Shown here: piece after piece, positions 8,741 through 18,152 of the stretch
Position numbering within the stretch: the first letter of the stretch is position 1
Layout of the letters: every line of letters starts with the position of its first letter
Source of the DNA: a virus
Lineage: Duplodnaviria; Caudoviricetes
Length of the DNA stretch: 44,282 nt
Reading direction: 5' to 3' (one strand)
Virus record (IMG/VR): IMGVR_UViG_3300024222_000003
Span: 1-44,282 of that record
The notes under the pieces: generated by a model
Told to the model about the DNA's origin: nothing
Database searches by the model: none
Seen by the model: the letters and a program-made list of their open reading frames with translations, nothing else
Made by a program: the position numbers and the translations under genes

Positions 8741-9766
8741 ATGCCAGCTATCACACCCAGCTTTATGTTCGACCTCGAGTCGCGTATGCGGCTCATCACC
8801 TCGACTGACTATCAACGCTTGAATAGTCAGCTGTGGTGGAAGACGGTCGCCAAAGAGATCCCGAGCGGCGCGAAAAAGGAGCGCGTCTCCTGGCTGCTCG
8901 ACACAGCGCGCATTCAGCGCACCGGCAAGGGCGGCAACGTCGAGTTCGAAGACGTCGTCGCGATGACGCAAGAGGTCGAGAACCTCAACGCTGCAGCCGG
9001 GCTCGAGGTCAAAAAAGAGCAGTTCGAAGATCTCGACGGCAACGGCATTGCAGTTGCTGGCCACTGGTCGAGGGGCATGGGCGCGTACAGTGCCTACTGG
9101 CCGCAGAAGTCTGTAGCCAAGGCCATTCTCGCGAACCCGCTCACATACGACGGCAAGACATTCTTTGCTGACGATCACGCAGTGAACCCGTACAACGTCG
9201 CAGCGGGCACGTACACGAACCGCTTCCACGGCACTGCGAGCGCGACGAACCCCGGCGCGCTGCCGATCGGCGCAGTCACGGTCGACGTCGCTGTCGCGAA
9301 CCTCGCGAAGGCTGTCGCGTACATTCACACAATCAAGATGCCCAACGGCGAAGACCCGCGCTTCCTGCGCGTCGCAGGTCTCGGCGTGCCGCCCGCGCTG
9401 CTGTCGCGCGCGCAGCAGCTGACTAACGCGAAGTTTATCGCACAAGCTGCAGCGTCGGCCGGCGGCTCGGGCGACGTCGAAGCTGTGATCCGCAACTTCG
9501 GGTTCGGGCAGCCGTTCGAGATGACCGAGCTGTCAGCAGGCTTCGGCGGGTCGGACGACTCTTACTACATCCTGGTCGAGGACATTCTCACGAACGAGCT
9601 CGGCGCGTTCACGTACCTGAACCGCGAAGCGTTCAGCATCCTGTACTACGGCCCGCAGAATGACGCGCAGCTCGCGCGCATTCGCAACTTCCAGTGGACG
9701 ACCGAAGGCCGGAATGTCGTCATGCCCGGTCACCCGTACCTGCTGTTCAAGGTCGAAGCGACCTAA
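8741..9766 (+). CDS. Major capsid protein (Mu gpT-like)
   Basis: VKKEQFEDLD, YDGKTFFADDH and LGVPPAL resemble Mu-like major head subunits; position; GAGG RBS. Confidence 0.88.
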   Translation: MPAITPSFMFDLESRMRLITSTDYQRLNSQLWWKTVAKEIPSGAKKERVSWLLDTARIQRTGKGGNVEFEDVVAMTQEVENLNAAAGLEVKKEQFEDLDGNGIAVAGHWSRGMGAYSAYWPQKSVAKAILANPLTYDGKTFFADDHAVNPYNVAAGTYTNRFHGTASATNPGALPIGAVTVDVAVANLAKAVAYIHTIKMPNGEDPRFLRVAGLGVPPALLSRAQQLTNAKFIAQAAASAGGSGDVEAVIRNFGFGQPFEMTELSAGFGGSDDSYYILVEDILTNELGAFTYLNREAFSILYYGPQNDAQLARIRNFQWTTEGRNVVMPGHPYLLFKVEAT

Positions 9767-9811
9767 TCGTTCACGCTCGCGCGTTCTAACTAGCTCGATT
9801 GAATAACAGTC

Positions 9812-10297
9812 ATGCCGGGTACAGTCGCATATCAGACGCTGGCGGAGTTTCGCACAGCGACATTGATGCCTGGGTCGTTCGTCGACGAGGTCGAGCAGAA
9901 CGATCCCGGCTTCGTTGATCGGCGGCTGTACCTCAATAGTGCGAAGATCGACGCGCGACTCGCGAAGCGATACGACGCACCGTTCAAGCAGCCCGCGCCC
10001 GCAGTCGTACTCGAGTGGCTGACGTCGCTCGTCACGTACGAGGTTTGGTTGAAGCGCGGCATCGCTGCGACTGACCAGCAGGCCGAGCAGTACAAGGCCG
10101 ACCGCGACAACGCGCGCGGCGACATCGAGTCAGCTGCGAACAGTGAGGTCGGGCTGTTTGACTTGCCGCTGCGCTCGAACACTGACGCGTCCGGCGTTAC
10201 GCGCGGGTTCCCGATGGGGTACTCGGAGCAGTCGCCTTACACGTGGATGACGCAGCAAGAGCAGCGCGGGCGCGAGGAAGATCGCAATGGATCTTGA
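9812..10297 (+). CDS. Head-tail adaptor (Mu gp36-like)
   Basis: SAKIDARLAKRYDAPF..P motif; directly after the capsid gene. Confidence 0.75.
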   Translation: MPGTVAYQTLAEFRTATLMPGSFVDEVEQNDPGFVDRRLYLNSAKIDARLAKRYDAPFKQPAPAVVLEWLTSLVTYEVWLKRGIAATDQQAEQYKADRDNARGDIESAANSEVGLFDLPLRSNTDASGVTRGFPMGYSEQSPYTWMTQQEQRGREEDRNGS

Positions 10298-10697
10298 CGC
10301 GCTCATCGCCTGCATTCGCGACCTGCCGCACGAGCTGATTCAGCGCGCAGCGCCTGACGTCGCCATCGCTGTGCGCGAGGCGCTGCTCGTGACCATTCGC
10401 GCGCATCAAGCGCCCGATGGCACACCCTGGAAGCCACGCAAGAAAGGCACGCGGCCCGTGCTGAACAACGCAGCTGACTCGATGTCGACGACGTCATCGG
10501 GCGGGCGCGTATACGTCACGGTGCGCGGTATCGAGGGCCGTCACCACAAGGGCGCAGTGCGCGGCAGCGTGCAGCGGCCGATCATTATCTATAAGAAGCA
10601 CGGCGCGAAGGCCATCACACCGCGACTCGCTGCAGCGATTAGCGAGGCCGTCATGAAACACTTTCACGCGTCGATCGCGAAGGCGGCTGCAGCATGA
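10287..10697 (+). CDS. Virion morphogenesis / neck protein (Mu gpG-like)
   Basis: PDGTPWKPRK..L motif, basic composition, position. Confidence 0.7.
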   Translation: MDLDALIACIRDLPHELIQRAAPDVAIAVREALLVTIRAHQAPDGTPWKPRKKGTRPVLNNAADSMSTTSSGGRVYVTVRGIEGRHHKGAVRGSVQRPIIIYKKHGAKAITPRLAAAISEAVMKHFHASIAKAAAA

Positions 10698-11254
10698 CGT
10701 CGAGGCTCGCATGGCCGACGCTGTATCAGATCGTCAGCGCGCGCTTCGTGGCTGAGAACGTGCCTTGCGTCAACATGTTCGGCTGGCGCGTGCCCGCGCA
10801 GCACCCGAAGGGCAATCGCATCGCGTGGGTGCCGGGCGATCCTAACGGGGTCGTTGGGTCGCTGCTCCCACCGCGCAACCCCGGCGGCGAGCCGCGCTCG
10901 CTCGGGACGCTCGACGAGGTGTTCACGATTGTGATCAACGGTCAGGACCCGACCGACCCCGAGAACGAGCTCGCTCAATACTCGATAGTTAGATATCTGC
11001 GCGACGCTTGGTTCCGCGCTGTGTACCACGCAGCGTACGGCGCGTTCGCGATTCGCAGCGAGCAGTGGGTGACGACTCGTCTCGAGCGTCGACACGGCGC
11101 TGCACTCAAGATCGGCGTAACGCTGCAGGCAGCGATCCCCGACGAGGTGTGGCCCGATGACGGCAAGCCCACCGAAGTCGACGTCGACGCTGCAGTCATT
11201 GATGTGAACGAGCTCGATGTGACCGACGTTTTGATAGTGACGAAAGGTGAATGA
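10694..11254 (+). CDS. Putative tail terminator / completion protein
   Basis: Directly precedes the sheath gene; ATGA overlap; assignment from synteny only. Confidence 0.55.
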   Translation: MTSRLAWPTLYQIVSARFVAENVPCVNMFGWRVPAQHPKGNRIAWVPGDPNGVVGSLLPPRNPGGEPRSLGTLDEVFTIVINGQDPTDPENELAQYSIVRYLRDAWFRAVYHAAYGAFAIRSEQWVTTRLERRHGAALKIGVTLQAAIPDEVWPDDGKPTEVDVDAAVIDVNELDVTDVLIVTKGE

Positions 11255-11255
11255 G

Positions 11256-12698
11256 ATGACTGTCCCTAACGTTAGGATCAATGAGATCGATGGCGCGCTC
11301 GGCATAGTGCCGGCGAATCTCGTCACCCTGCATGCGTTCATGGGCGGGGCGCTCGGTGGGCCGCTGAATACGCCCGCAGCGTTCGCGCGCGTCAGCGACT
11401 TGGTAGCGACGTTCGTCGGCGGGCCAGTGGTCGAGGCCGTCGCGCTGTACATCGTACAGACCGGCAACCCCGCGATCGTCGTGCGCGTGCCGACGACGAC
11501 GACGCCCGTACTCGGCACTGTCACGCACACAGGCACCGGCGCAGCGGTTGTCACTGTCGACCCGACGAGCACGCCCGACGACGACTATGAGGTCGTGTTG
11601 AAGATCGTCCTCGGCGGCGCAGTGGGCACGGCCGGCCCGACCTATCAGACGTCGCTCGACGGGGGTCAGAGTTTCAGCGCGACGACAGCGCTGGGCACCG
11701 CAACCAACATCGTGGTCGGCGGGGTGAAGCTGGCGCTCGTCGCGGCCGAGATGCTCGTTGCTGGCGACACGTACTCGGTGCGTGTGTCGGCCGCCACATG
11801 GCAGGGCACGGACCTCACGGCGGGGCTCGAGGCGCTGCGTACGACGTCGCTCGCGTGGGAGCAGCTAATCATGGTGGGCGCGATGGTGCCCGCTGCTGCA
11901 GCCGTCGTCGACGGAGCGATCGCGGGGTTCTCGAACAGCCCGGGCAAAGACTGCAGCTGGATAGGCCACGTTCGCGTGCCGAACACCGGCGAGTCTGACT
12001 CGACGTATCAGGCTGCGATGTCCACGGCATGGCAGGGCACAGCGACGACCTACGGGACGCTGTGCGCTGCAGCGTGTCGAGTGCCGAGCGGTGTGTCAGG
12101 TCGCAACTATCGGCGCTCGCCGCTGTTTCCGGTCGCTGTCGCGCAGTCGTGCAGCGAGGAGGTCAACATCGCGGACCCCAACCTCGGGCCGCTGCGCGGC
12201 GTGTCGATTCGCGACGCGAACGGCAATCTCGTCGAACACGACGAGGCCGCGATGCCGGGCCTCGACGACTCGCGCTTCCTGTCGCTGCGCAGCATCGACG
12301 GCTACGAGGGTGTCTATGTCAACCGCCCGCTCATACTGTCAGCGCACGGCAGCGACTTCGAACTCATCCCGCATCGACGGGTGATGAATCTCGCTAAGCG
12401 CACGCTGCGCGTTTACTTCGTGCGCCGCTTGAACCGGCCGGTGCGCGTCGCGCCGAGCGGATTCATCCTCGAGGCCGACGCCCTCGAGATTGAAGGCGGC
12501 GCGCTCGCGCTGCTGCGCTCGACGCTGCTCGCCAAGCCCAAGGCGTCTGACGTGCAGTTCACGCTCAGCCGCACAGACAACTTGCTGTCGACTAAGACGC
12601 TGACGGCCACGTGTCGACTCGTGCCCCTGGCGTACCCAGAGGCGATTACGATTGAAATCGGGTTCTACAACCCAGCGCTCGCAACGCTCGCAGCGTGA
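11256..12698 (+). CDS. Contractile tail sheath protein (DUF2586-like)
   Basis: VRINEIDGALG start and GYEGVYV..SDFELI.HRRVMN C-terminal sheath motif; AAAGGTG RBS. Confidence 0.85.
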   Translation: MTVPNVRINEIDGALGIVPANLVTLHAFMGGALGGPLNTPAAFARVSDLVATFVGGPVVEAVALYIVQTGNPAIVVRVPTTTTPVLGTVTHTGTGAAVVTVDPTSTPDDDYEVVLKIVLGGAVGTAGPTYQTSLDGGQSFSATTALGTATNIVVGGVKLALVAAEMLVAGDTYSVRVSAATWQGTDLTAGLEALRTTSLAWEQLIMVGAMVPAAAAVVDGAIAGFSNSPGKDCSWIGHVRVPNTGESDSTYQAAMSTAWQGTATTYGTLCAAACRVPSGVSGRNYRRSPLFPVAVAQSCSEEVNIADPNLGPLRGVSIRDANGNLVEHDEAAMPGLDDSRFLSLRSIDGYEGVYVNRPLILSAHGSDFELIPHRRVMNLAKRTLRVYFVRRLNRPVRVAPSGFILEADALEIEGGALALLRSTLLAKPKASDVQFTLSRTDNLLSTKTLTATCRLVPLAYPEAITIEIGFYNPALATLAA

Positions 12699-12711
12699 AC
12701 GGAGGCAGACC

Positions 12712-13194
12712 ATGGCTGACGCAATCAGAGTGAACAACAATCAGCTTAGCTGGGGCAGCATTCGGCTCACTTGCGACACCGAGCTGTTTACTGGCTTCAC
12801 CGGGATCTCGTACGCCGACAAGCGCGAGCGTGTGAAAGCCTGGGGCATGGGCAGACACCAAGCGCCCCGCGGTCGCAGCTCGGGCAAGTACAGCACCGAC
12901 CCGGTCAAGCTGACGGGTTGGAAGGACGCGATTCAGTCGCTTATCGAGGGGCTCGCGAAGCGCGCTGCAGACCAGCGCAGTTACGGCAACGTCGAGTTCA
13001 CCATCAGCGTTATCTATTCCGAGCCGCCGCACCCGCCGACGTCGGTACTCATCACAGGTTGCGTCATCGTCGGGCAGTCAGCGTCAGAGGAAGAATCAGC
13101 AGACCCATTGAAAGAGGAGCTCGAGATCGACTGCATGGCCATTCGACGCAATGGCCTGACGCTGTTCGATTCGAGCGAACTGGTGCCAGTGTGA
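12712..13194 (+). CDS. Tail tube protein
   Basis: Follows the sheath; GGAGG RBS; SWGSI..ISY.DK..PRGRSSGKY pattern; 160 aa. Confidence 0.8.
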   Translation: MADAIRVNNNQLSWGSIRLTCDTELFTGFTGISYADKRERVKAWGMGRHQAPRGRSSGKYSTDPVKLTGWKDAIQSLIEGLAKRAADQRSYGNVEFTISVIYSEPPHPPTSVLITGCVIVGQSASEEESADPLKEELEIDCMAIRRNGLTLFDSSELVPV

Positions 13195-13637
13195 GTGACA
13201 CAACAGACATACCCGACGAGCTCGCGCAGCGGCTCGAGGCGCTACGCGCCGAACGCGCTGCATTGAAGGCCACCATCAAAGCGCGGACCACCCCGACGCT
13301 CGACGAACAGCTCGCAGCTGAGGAGCGCGGTCTCGCTGGCGAGAAAGCGTTCGACGAGGCGCAGCGCAAGTACGGCGCGAAACAGGTGCAGCTGGTCACG
13401 ACCTCCGAAGGCAGTATTGTGATCCGCCGCCCGCACTGGGTCGCGTTCCGCAAGTTTCAAGACCAGAAGGAGCTGACGTACGAAAGCGCCGAGGAGCTCG
13501 TCAAGGGCTGCCTCATCTACCCAGCGCACTCAGCATTCGACCGTCTGCTCGAACAGCAGCCGGGGGTGATGACGAAACTCGCGAGCGTCTGCGTCGAGCT
13601 CGCCGGGTTCAAGCTCGACGACGTCAAAGCAAAATAA
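13191..13637 (+). CDS. Tail assembly chaperone
   Basis: GTG13191 overlaps the tube stop; lies between tube and tape measure; ends GCA AAA TAA. Confidence 0.75.
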   Translation: MSDTTDIPDELAQRLEALRAERAALKATIKARTTPTLDEQLAAEERGLAGEKAFDEAQRKYGAKQVQLVTTSEGSIVIRRPHWVAFRKFQDQKELTYESAEELVKGCLIYPAHSAFDRLLEQQPGVMTKLASVCVELAGFKLDDVKAK

Positions 13638-13840
13638 CAAGCCTACGTGCGCACGCTCGCGGTGACGATGCTGTCGCTGCGAGCTGCATTCTGGAAGCGC
13701 TCGGATACGAGGAGACCGATGAAACTGTCTCGACCGCGCGCGCGTACGTAGGCGCGATGAGTCTCGTTGATATCAGTCGAGACCTTACAATCGTTCGAAA
13801 GATCTTGATGGCCCTGGCGAAGGCACTGTCGAATGGCTGA
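13634..13840 (+). CDS. -1 frameshift extension of the tail assembly chaperone (gpGT-like)
   Basis: The -1 frame reads ITSLRAHARGDDAVAASCILEALG...ALAKALSNG* across the whole gap and stops just past the tape-measure start. Confidence 0.65.
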   Translation: MTSLRAHARGDDAVAASCILEALGYEETDETVSTARAYVGAMSLVDISRDLTIVRKILMALAKALSNG

Positions 13841-15935
13841 CGAGACAGTCACAGTTGGTATCGACATGGTCGACGGGGTCAGCGTCCCCGCCGAGTCGGC
13901 AGCGTCTGCGCTCGCCAAACTGCAAGACAGCATCAAGGCTGACACGAAAGCACTGGCCGACATGCAGCGCACTATGGCGACGCTGCAGAAGGCGACCAAG
14001 CCGGACACCGAGCAGATTCAGCGGCTCGAAAAGGCGATGGGGCAGCTGAAGGAGCGCGTGGCCGGCTCGCGTTCGAAGTTTATCGATCTGGGCGGTCAGT
14101 TCGGCCGCAACTATCGAGAGTCGAATCGGTTCAAGCAGAAGCTCGACGAGCTCGCGAAAGCAGCGTCAATCATCCCCGGACCGTTCGGGAACGTGCTGTC
14201 GCTGCTGCAGCGTCTCGCTGGTGCGAAGTCGCTCGCACGAGTCGCAGCGATCGCGCTCGCTGGCGCCATCGTCGCAATCGGGATCGCGACTGTCGTCGCA
14301 GGCAAGTCGCTGGCCGACTTCGCGATCAAAGCCCAAGAGGCGCGACGCAGCGAGCTCCTGATGCTTGAGGCGTCGACCAAGCTGCGCACTGCGACTGCGC
14401 TCGCGTTCGGTCTGTCAGCTGACAAGGCGACAGATCTGCAGAAGGCCGTCGACGAGGTGGCCGGCTCAGTGTCGATCGGCCGCGATAAGGTCGCAGCATA
14501 CGCAGCGCAGCTCGAACGCATGGGTGTGCGCGGGGCGAAGATAAAGCCGGCCCTCGAGGCTGTGTCGATCGCAGCGTCGGGCTTCGGCGAGGAGCAAGCG
14601 AACAACACTGCAGCGTGGGCAGCGTCGCTCGCGCTGACCGGCGGCAACATCAACAAGCTGGCGCAGCGCGTCAAGAACCAGATCGGCGGCGTCGTCGCGA
14701 AGCAGATGCTGTCGAGCGAGGTGCAAGCGCGAAAGCTGGCGGAGTCTTACAACGCGCTGTTCGCTGGCATCGACATCGAGCCGCTGCTGCGTGCGCGTAA
14801 GAGCTTCAACGATCTGTTCTCGCAAGCGACTGCGAGCGGGCAGACGCTGCGCCGTTTCTTGGGCTATCTCGTGCAGCCGCTGGTCAACGGGCTCGAGCTG
14901 CTGTCGCGCGTGTTCAAGATCGTTGTGCAAGAGATCATCATCGGCGCGCTGCTCGCCGAGAACGCGTGGCTGAAGTTTCAGATCGGGATTGAGTCAGCGA
15001 CCGGCGAAGTCAGAAAAGACTTTCAAGCAGTCGAGTCGACGATCACTGCGACGTGGCGAGGCATCGAGGACGTTCTCACGAAGGGCGTCGCGTTCGTGTC
15101 AGACCACTTCGACGAGTTCGCTGCAGTGATCGGCGGCATATCGTTGAAGCTCGCGGTTCAGTTCGCGCCCGCTGCCTGGGCGGCGACGGTCGCGCTCTAC
15201 CAACAGGCCGCTGCAGCAACTGCGGCCGGCCTCGCAGCGTCGCGCGATCTCGCAGTGGGCGTGTGGAAGGCCATCCCCGCGCTGCTCGCCGCTGGCGTGC
15301 AGGCAGCAGCGACGGGCATCGCGTTTCTCGTCGGGCTGCTGCCCGGCATCTGGGCTGCGATCACGGGCTTTGCGACGATGGCTGTAGGCGTGATCGCTGC
15401 CACGTGGCCGTTTCTCGCAGCGATCGCCGCAGTGTGGCTGTTGATCAAAGCGTTCAAGTACCTCAGCGAATGGTTCTCGACAGTCGACTGGGGTCAGGTC
15501 GGCATAGCGATTATCGACGGCGTGGTGAACGGCCTGACGACTGCAAAGAATGCGTTCGTGAATGCCATCAAGGGGCTCGCAGAAGTAGGGATCAAAGCGT
15601 TCACTTCGATATTCAAGATTGGGTCTCCGTCGAAGTTGTTCGAAGGCTTCGGCGGCGACATCACTGCGGGTCTGACTATGGGTGTCGAGGACGGCGCACC
15701 CGAGGCACAAGCGGCCATGGAAGGGCTCGCGCCGGGCTCGACCCCGTTCGCTGGGCTCGCGGCCGGCGTCGGGGCTGCGAGTGGCGGCTCGACTATCAAC
15801 ATCGCAGCGCTGAACGTGCAGGTCGGCGGGGGCGCTTCGAAGGCAGACGCGACGGGCATCGCTGAGGCCATCAAGCGCGAGCTCGAATCGATACTCGAGA
15901 CGGTCACTGTCCAGATGGGAGCGCCCGTCCCGTGA
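13833..15935 (+). CDS. Tape measure protein
   Basis: 700 aa, Ala-rich and helical with hydrophobic segments; C-terminal IGSPSKLF..G motif. Confidence 0.9.
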   Translation: MADETVTVGIDMVDGVSVPAESAASALAKLQDSIKADTKALADMQRTMATLQKATKPDTEQIQRLEKAMGQLKERVAGSRSKFIDLGGQFGRNYRESNRFKQKLDELAKAASIIPGPFGNVLSLLQRLAGAKSLARVAAIALAGAIVAIGIATVVAGKSLADFAIKAQEARRSELLMLEASTKLRTATALAFGLSADKATDLQKAVDEVAGSVSIGRDKVAAYAAQLERMGVRGAKIKPALEAVSIAASGFGEEQANNTAAWAASLALTGGNINKLAQRVKNQIGGVVAKQMLSSEVQARKLAESYNALFAGIDIEPLLRARKSFNDLFSQATASGQTLRRFLGYLVQPLVNGLELLSRVFKIVVQEIIIGALLAENAWLKFQIGIESATGEVRKDFQAVESTITATWRGIEDVLTKGVAFVSDHFDEFAAVIGGISLKLAVQFAPAAWAATVALYQQAAAATAAGLAASRDLAVGVWKAIPALLAAGVQAAATGIAFLVGLLPGIWAAITGFATMAVGVIAATWPFLAAIAAVWLLIKAFKYLSEWFSTVDWGQVGIAIIDGVVNGLTTAKNAFVNAIKGLAEVGIKAFTSIFKIGSPSKLFEGFGGDITAGLTMGVEDGAPEAQAAMEGLAPGSTPFAGLAAGVGAASGGSTINIAALNVQVGGGASKADATGIAEAIKRELESILETVTVQMGAPVP

Positions 15936-16465
15936 CGACCTGGAACCCTATCGAGCTCCCCGCGGACCGCTGTTTGCTCGGCGGCTACCCGACGCCCGGA
16001 CTGCTCGAGGTCTCGGGCGCGTCGTCGCCTCGTAAGTGGGACGAGCAGGCGGGGTACGCGATGACGGGCGCGATACTCATCTACCGCGGGATCGGGCTCT
16101 CGCATTTCACGCTGCGCTTCAAACTGCTGACAGTCGAACACTGGGAGCAGTGGGCGCAGATCCGCCCGATACTGCTGCGCCCCGCGATCGGCCATCGGGC
16201 GAGCGCGCTCGACGTCGATCACCCCGTGCTGAACGAAGTCGGGATCACACACATCGTCATCGAGGACGTCAGCGCGCCCGAGCAAGTCGAGGACGGCGTG
16301 TGGCAAATCGAGGCGAAGTGCATCGAGTGGCGACGCTACGGCATGGCGCTGGGCAAGCCCGACGGCGCCGAAGCGACGCCCGCGGACCCGCGCGAAGCAC
16401 GCATCAAGGAACTGAACGATGAAAACCAGGCGCTGCGACTCGCGCGCGACAAGGGGAACCCGTGA
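15932..16465 (+). CDS. Tail tube initiator / baseplate hub-proximal protein
   Basis: Directly after the tape measure with GTGA coupling; synteny. Confidence 0.55.
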   Translation: MTTWNPIELPADRCLLGGYPTPGLLEVSGASSPRKWDEQAGYAMTGAILIYRGIGLSHFTLRFKLLTVEHWEQWAQIRPILLRPAIGHRASALDVDHPVLNEVGITHIVIEDVSAPEQVEDGVWQIEAKCIEWRRYGMALGKPDGAEATPADPREARIKELNDENQALRLARDKGNP

Positions 16466-17679
16466 CCGAGGCTTCGACGTACGTCAGCGCCAACGGCCAC
16501 ACATGCGACCGTGCGCGCGTCACCGTGGGCTATGTCGGCCCGTGGACCGCAGAGCTGCACCTGCCGAGCGACGTCGAGCTGACGAGCCCGGTGACGCTGC
16601 GCATCGGCGCGCTGACGCTCGTCGGGGCGCCCGTCCCAGGGATGAACGGCACGTACGCCGAGCAGCGCACTGTGCGCATCGCAGGCGGGGCCGCGGGGTG
16701 GTCGCAGACCGTCGGGGGCAAGGGCTATCACAACGACGCAGGCGTCAAGGCGCAGCTCGTCGCGCAGGACGTCGCGAGCGCGGTCGGTGAGACGCTTGGC
16801 AGCTTCGTGCCCACGAGCGAGCGCGTAGGGTCCGACTACGCGCGGGAAGCCGGCCCGGCCGCTCGTGCGCTGTCGAACGTCATCGGCACGGGTGCTGCGT
16901 GGTGGGTCGACTATGCGGGGGTGACGCAAGTCGGCCAGCGGGTGCAGAGCGCGCTCGTGTCGAAGTCGTATCAGGTGCTGTCATTCAACCCGAGCGAGCG
17001 CACAGCGACGCTCATCGCGGACGACCCCAGCACCATCACGGTCGGGGCGCTGCTCGTCGAAGGCATCGACGCCCCGAGTGTGATTCGCGAGCTCGAGATC
17101 ACCGCGAACGGTGACGAGCCGCTGCGCTTTCACGTGTGGCTCGGCGGGGCCGACCAGCAGGCGGGGCGACTCGCGCAGCTGCTCGGCAACATAGTGCAGC
17201 GCGCGCTCGACGCTCGCTTGTACGGGGTCTACCGGTATCGGGTCGTGCAGCGGGCCGGCGACGACCGTCTCGACCTGCAGGCCGTCGACAGCGCGTTCGG
17301 GCTGCCCGACCTACGCAGCATCACCGTCATGCCCGGTGTGACAGCGACGCGCTCGCTCGTGACCCCCGGCGGGATCGTGCTCGTCGCGTTCGCTGAGGGC
17401 GACCGGGCCCGGCCTGTGGTCGTGTCGTGCGCTGCGTATGGCGCTGACGGGTTCGCGCCCGCCGCTGGGGCGACTGCGAAGCGCGTAGCTCGTGAGGGAG
17501 ATATTGTGCGCGTCGCGCTGCCGACGGGCAGCATCAGCGGGACGATCGGCGCGAGCACCCCGTTCACGGGCACGATCACCTGGCCCGGTGTCTACGCGAG
17601 CGGATACGTCATGCAGGGCAGCGACGTCCTGCTCGTCGCTGGCGCAGCGAAGCCTGACCCCGCGGGGTTCCCGCCATGA
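16462..17679 (+). CDS. Baseplate hub with fused spike OB-fold
   Basis: Hub-like N-terminus; C-terminal YRYRVV..DLQ..PG..VLVAFAEGDRARPVV resembles gpV/gp5 OB-folds. Confidence 0.65.
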   Translation: MTEASTYVSANGHTCDRARVTVGYVGPWTAELHLPSDVELTSPVTLRIGALTLVGAPVPGMNGTYAEQRTVRIAGGAAGWSQTVGGKGYHNDAGVKAQLVAQDVASAVGETLGSFVPTSERVGSDYAREAGPAARALSNVIGTGAAWWVDYAGVTQVGQRVQSALVSKSYQVLSFNPSERTATLIADDPSTITVGALLVEGIDAPSVIRELEITANGDEPLRFHVWLGGADQQAGRLAQLLGNIVQRALDARLYGVYRYRVVQRAGDDRLDLQAVDSAFGLPDLRSITVMPGVTATRSLVTPGGIVLVAFAEGDRARPVVVSCAAYGADGFAPAAGATAKRVAREGDIVRVALPTGSISGTIGASTPFTGTITWPGVYASGYVMQGSDVLLVAGAAKPDPAGFPP

Positions 17680-18152
17680 CGCCGCTCGAGACATTCATCG
17701 CTGACGAGCTCGCGCTGCTGCCCGTGGTCGATCGCGTCGCGCCCGAGGCGCTGGCGTACGGCACCGACCTGTCGTGCGTGCTCGACATAACCCCGACGGC
17801 TGACGAGGTCGATCCCGAATCGGTGGTCGCGCTCGGCGAAGCACTCGTGCGCCGGTTCATCTCGCCGCGTAACAGTGTGATCGACGACGAGTCATACGGC
17901 CTCGACTTGCGAGGACGATTGAACACGGGTGTGACACAGCAGGACCTCACACGGTTGAAGTCGCAGGTTCGCGTCGAGTGCCTGAAGGACGACCGTGTGT
18001 CTGACGTGAACGTGACGCTCGTCATCTCGGGCCGCTCGATGCGCGTCGCGCTCGCAGTCACACCGCACTCACCACTCGACACGTTCTCGTTGACCTTCTT
18101 CGTGACCGCTGACGGTCTGCAGCTGCAGGGGAGCATCGACCAACATGGCTAG
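17676..18152 (+). CDS. Baseplate wedge protein (gp25/gpW-like)
   Basis: D.SYGLDL and ECLKDDRVSDV motifs; precedes baseplate J. Confidence 0.75.
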   Translation: MTPLETFIADELALLPVVDRVAPEALAYGTDLSCVLDITPTADEVDPESVVALGEALVRRFISPRNSVIDDESYGLDLRGRLNTGVTQQDLTRLKSQVRVECLKDDRVSDVNVTLVISGRSMRVALAVTPHSPLDTFSLTFFVTADGLQLQGSIDQHG

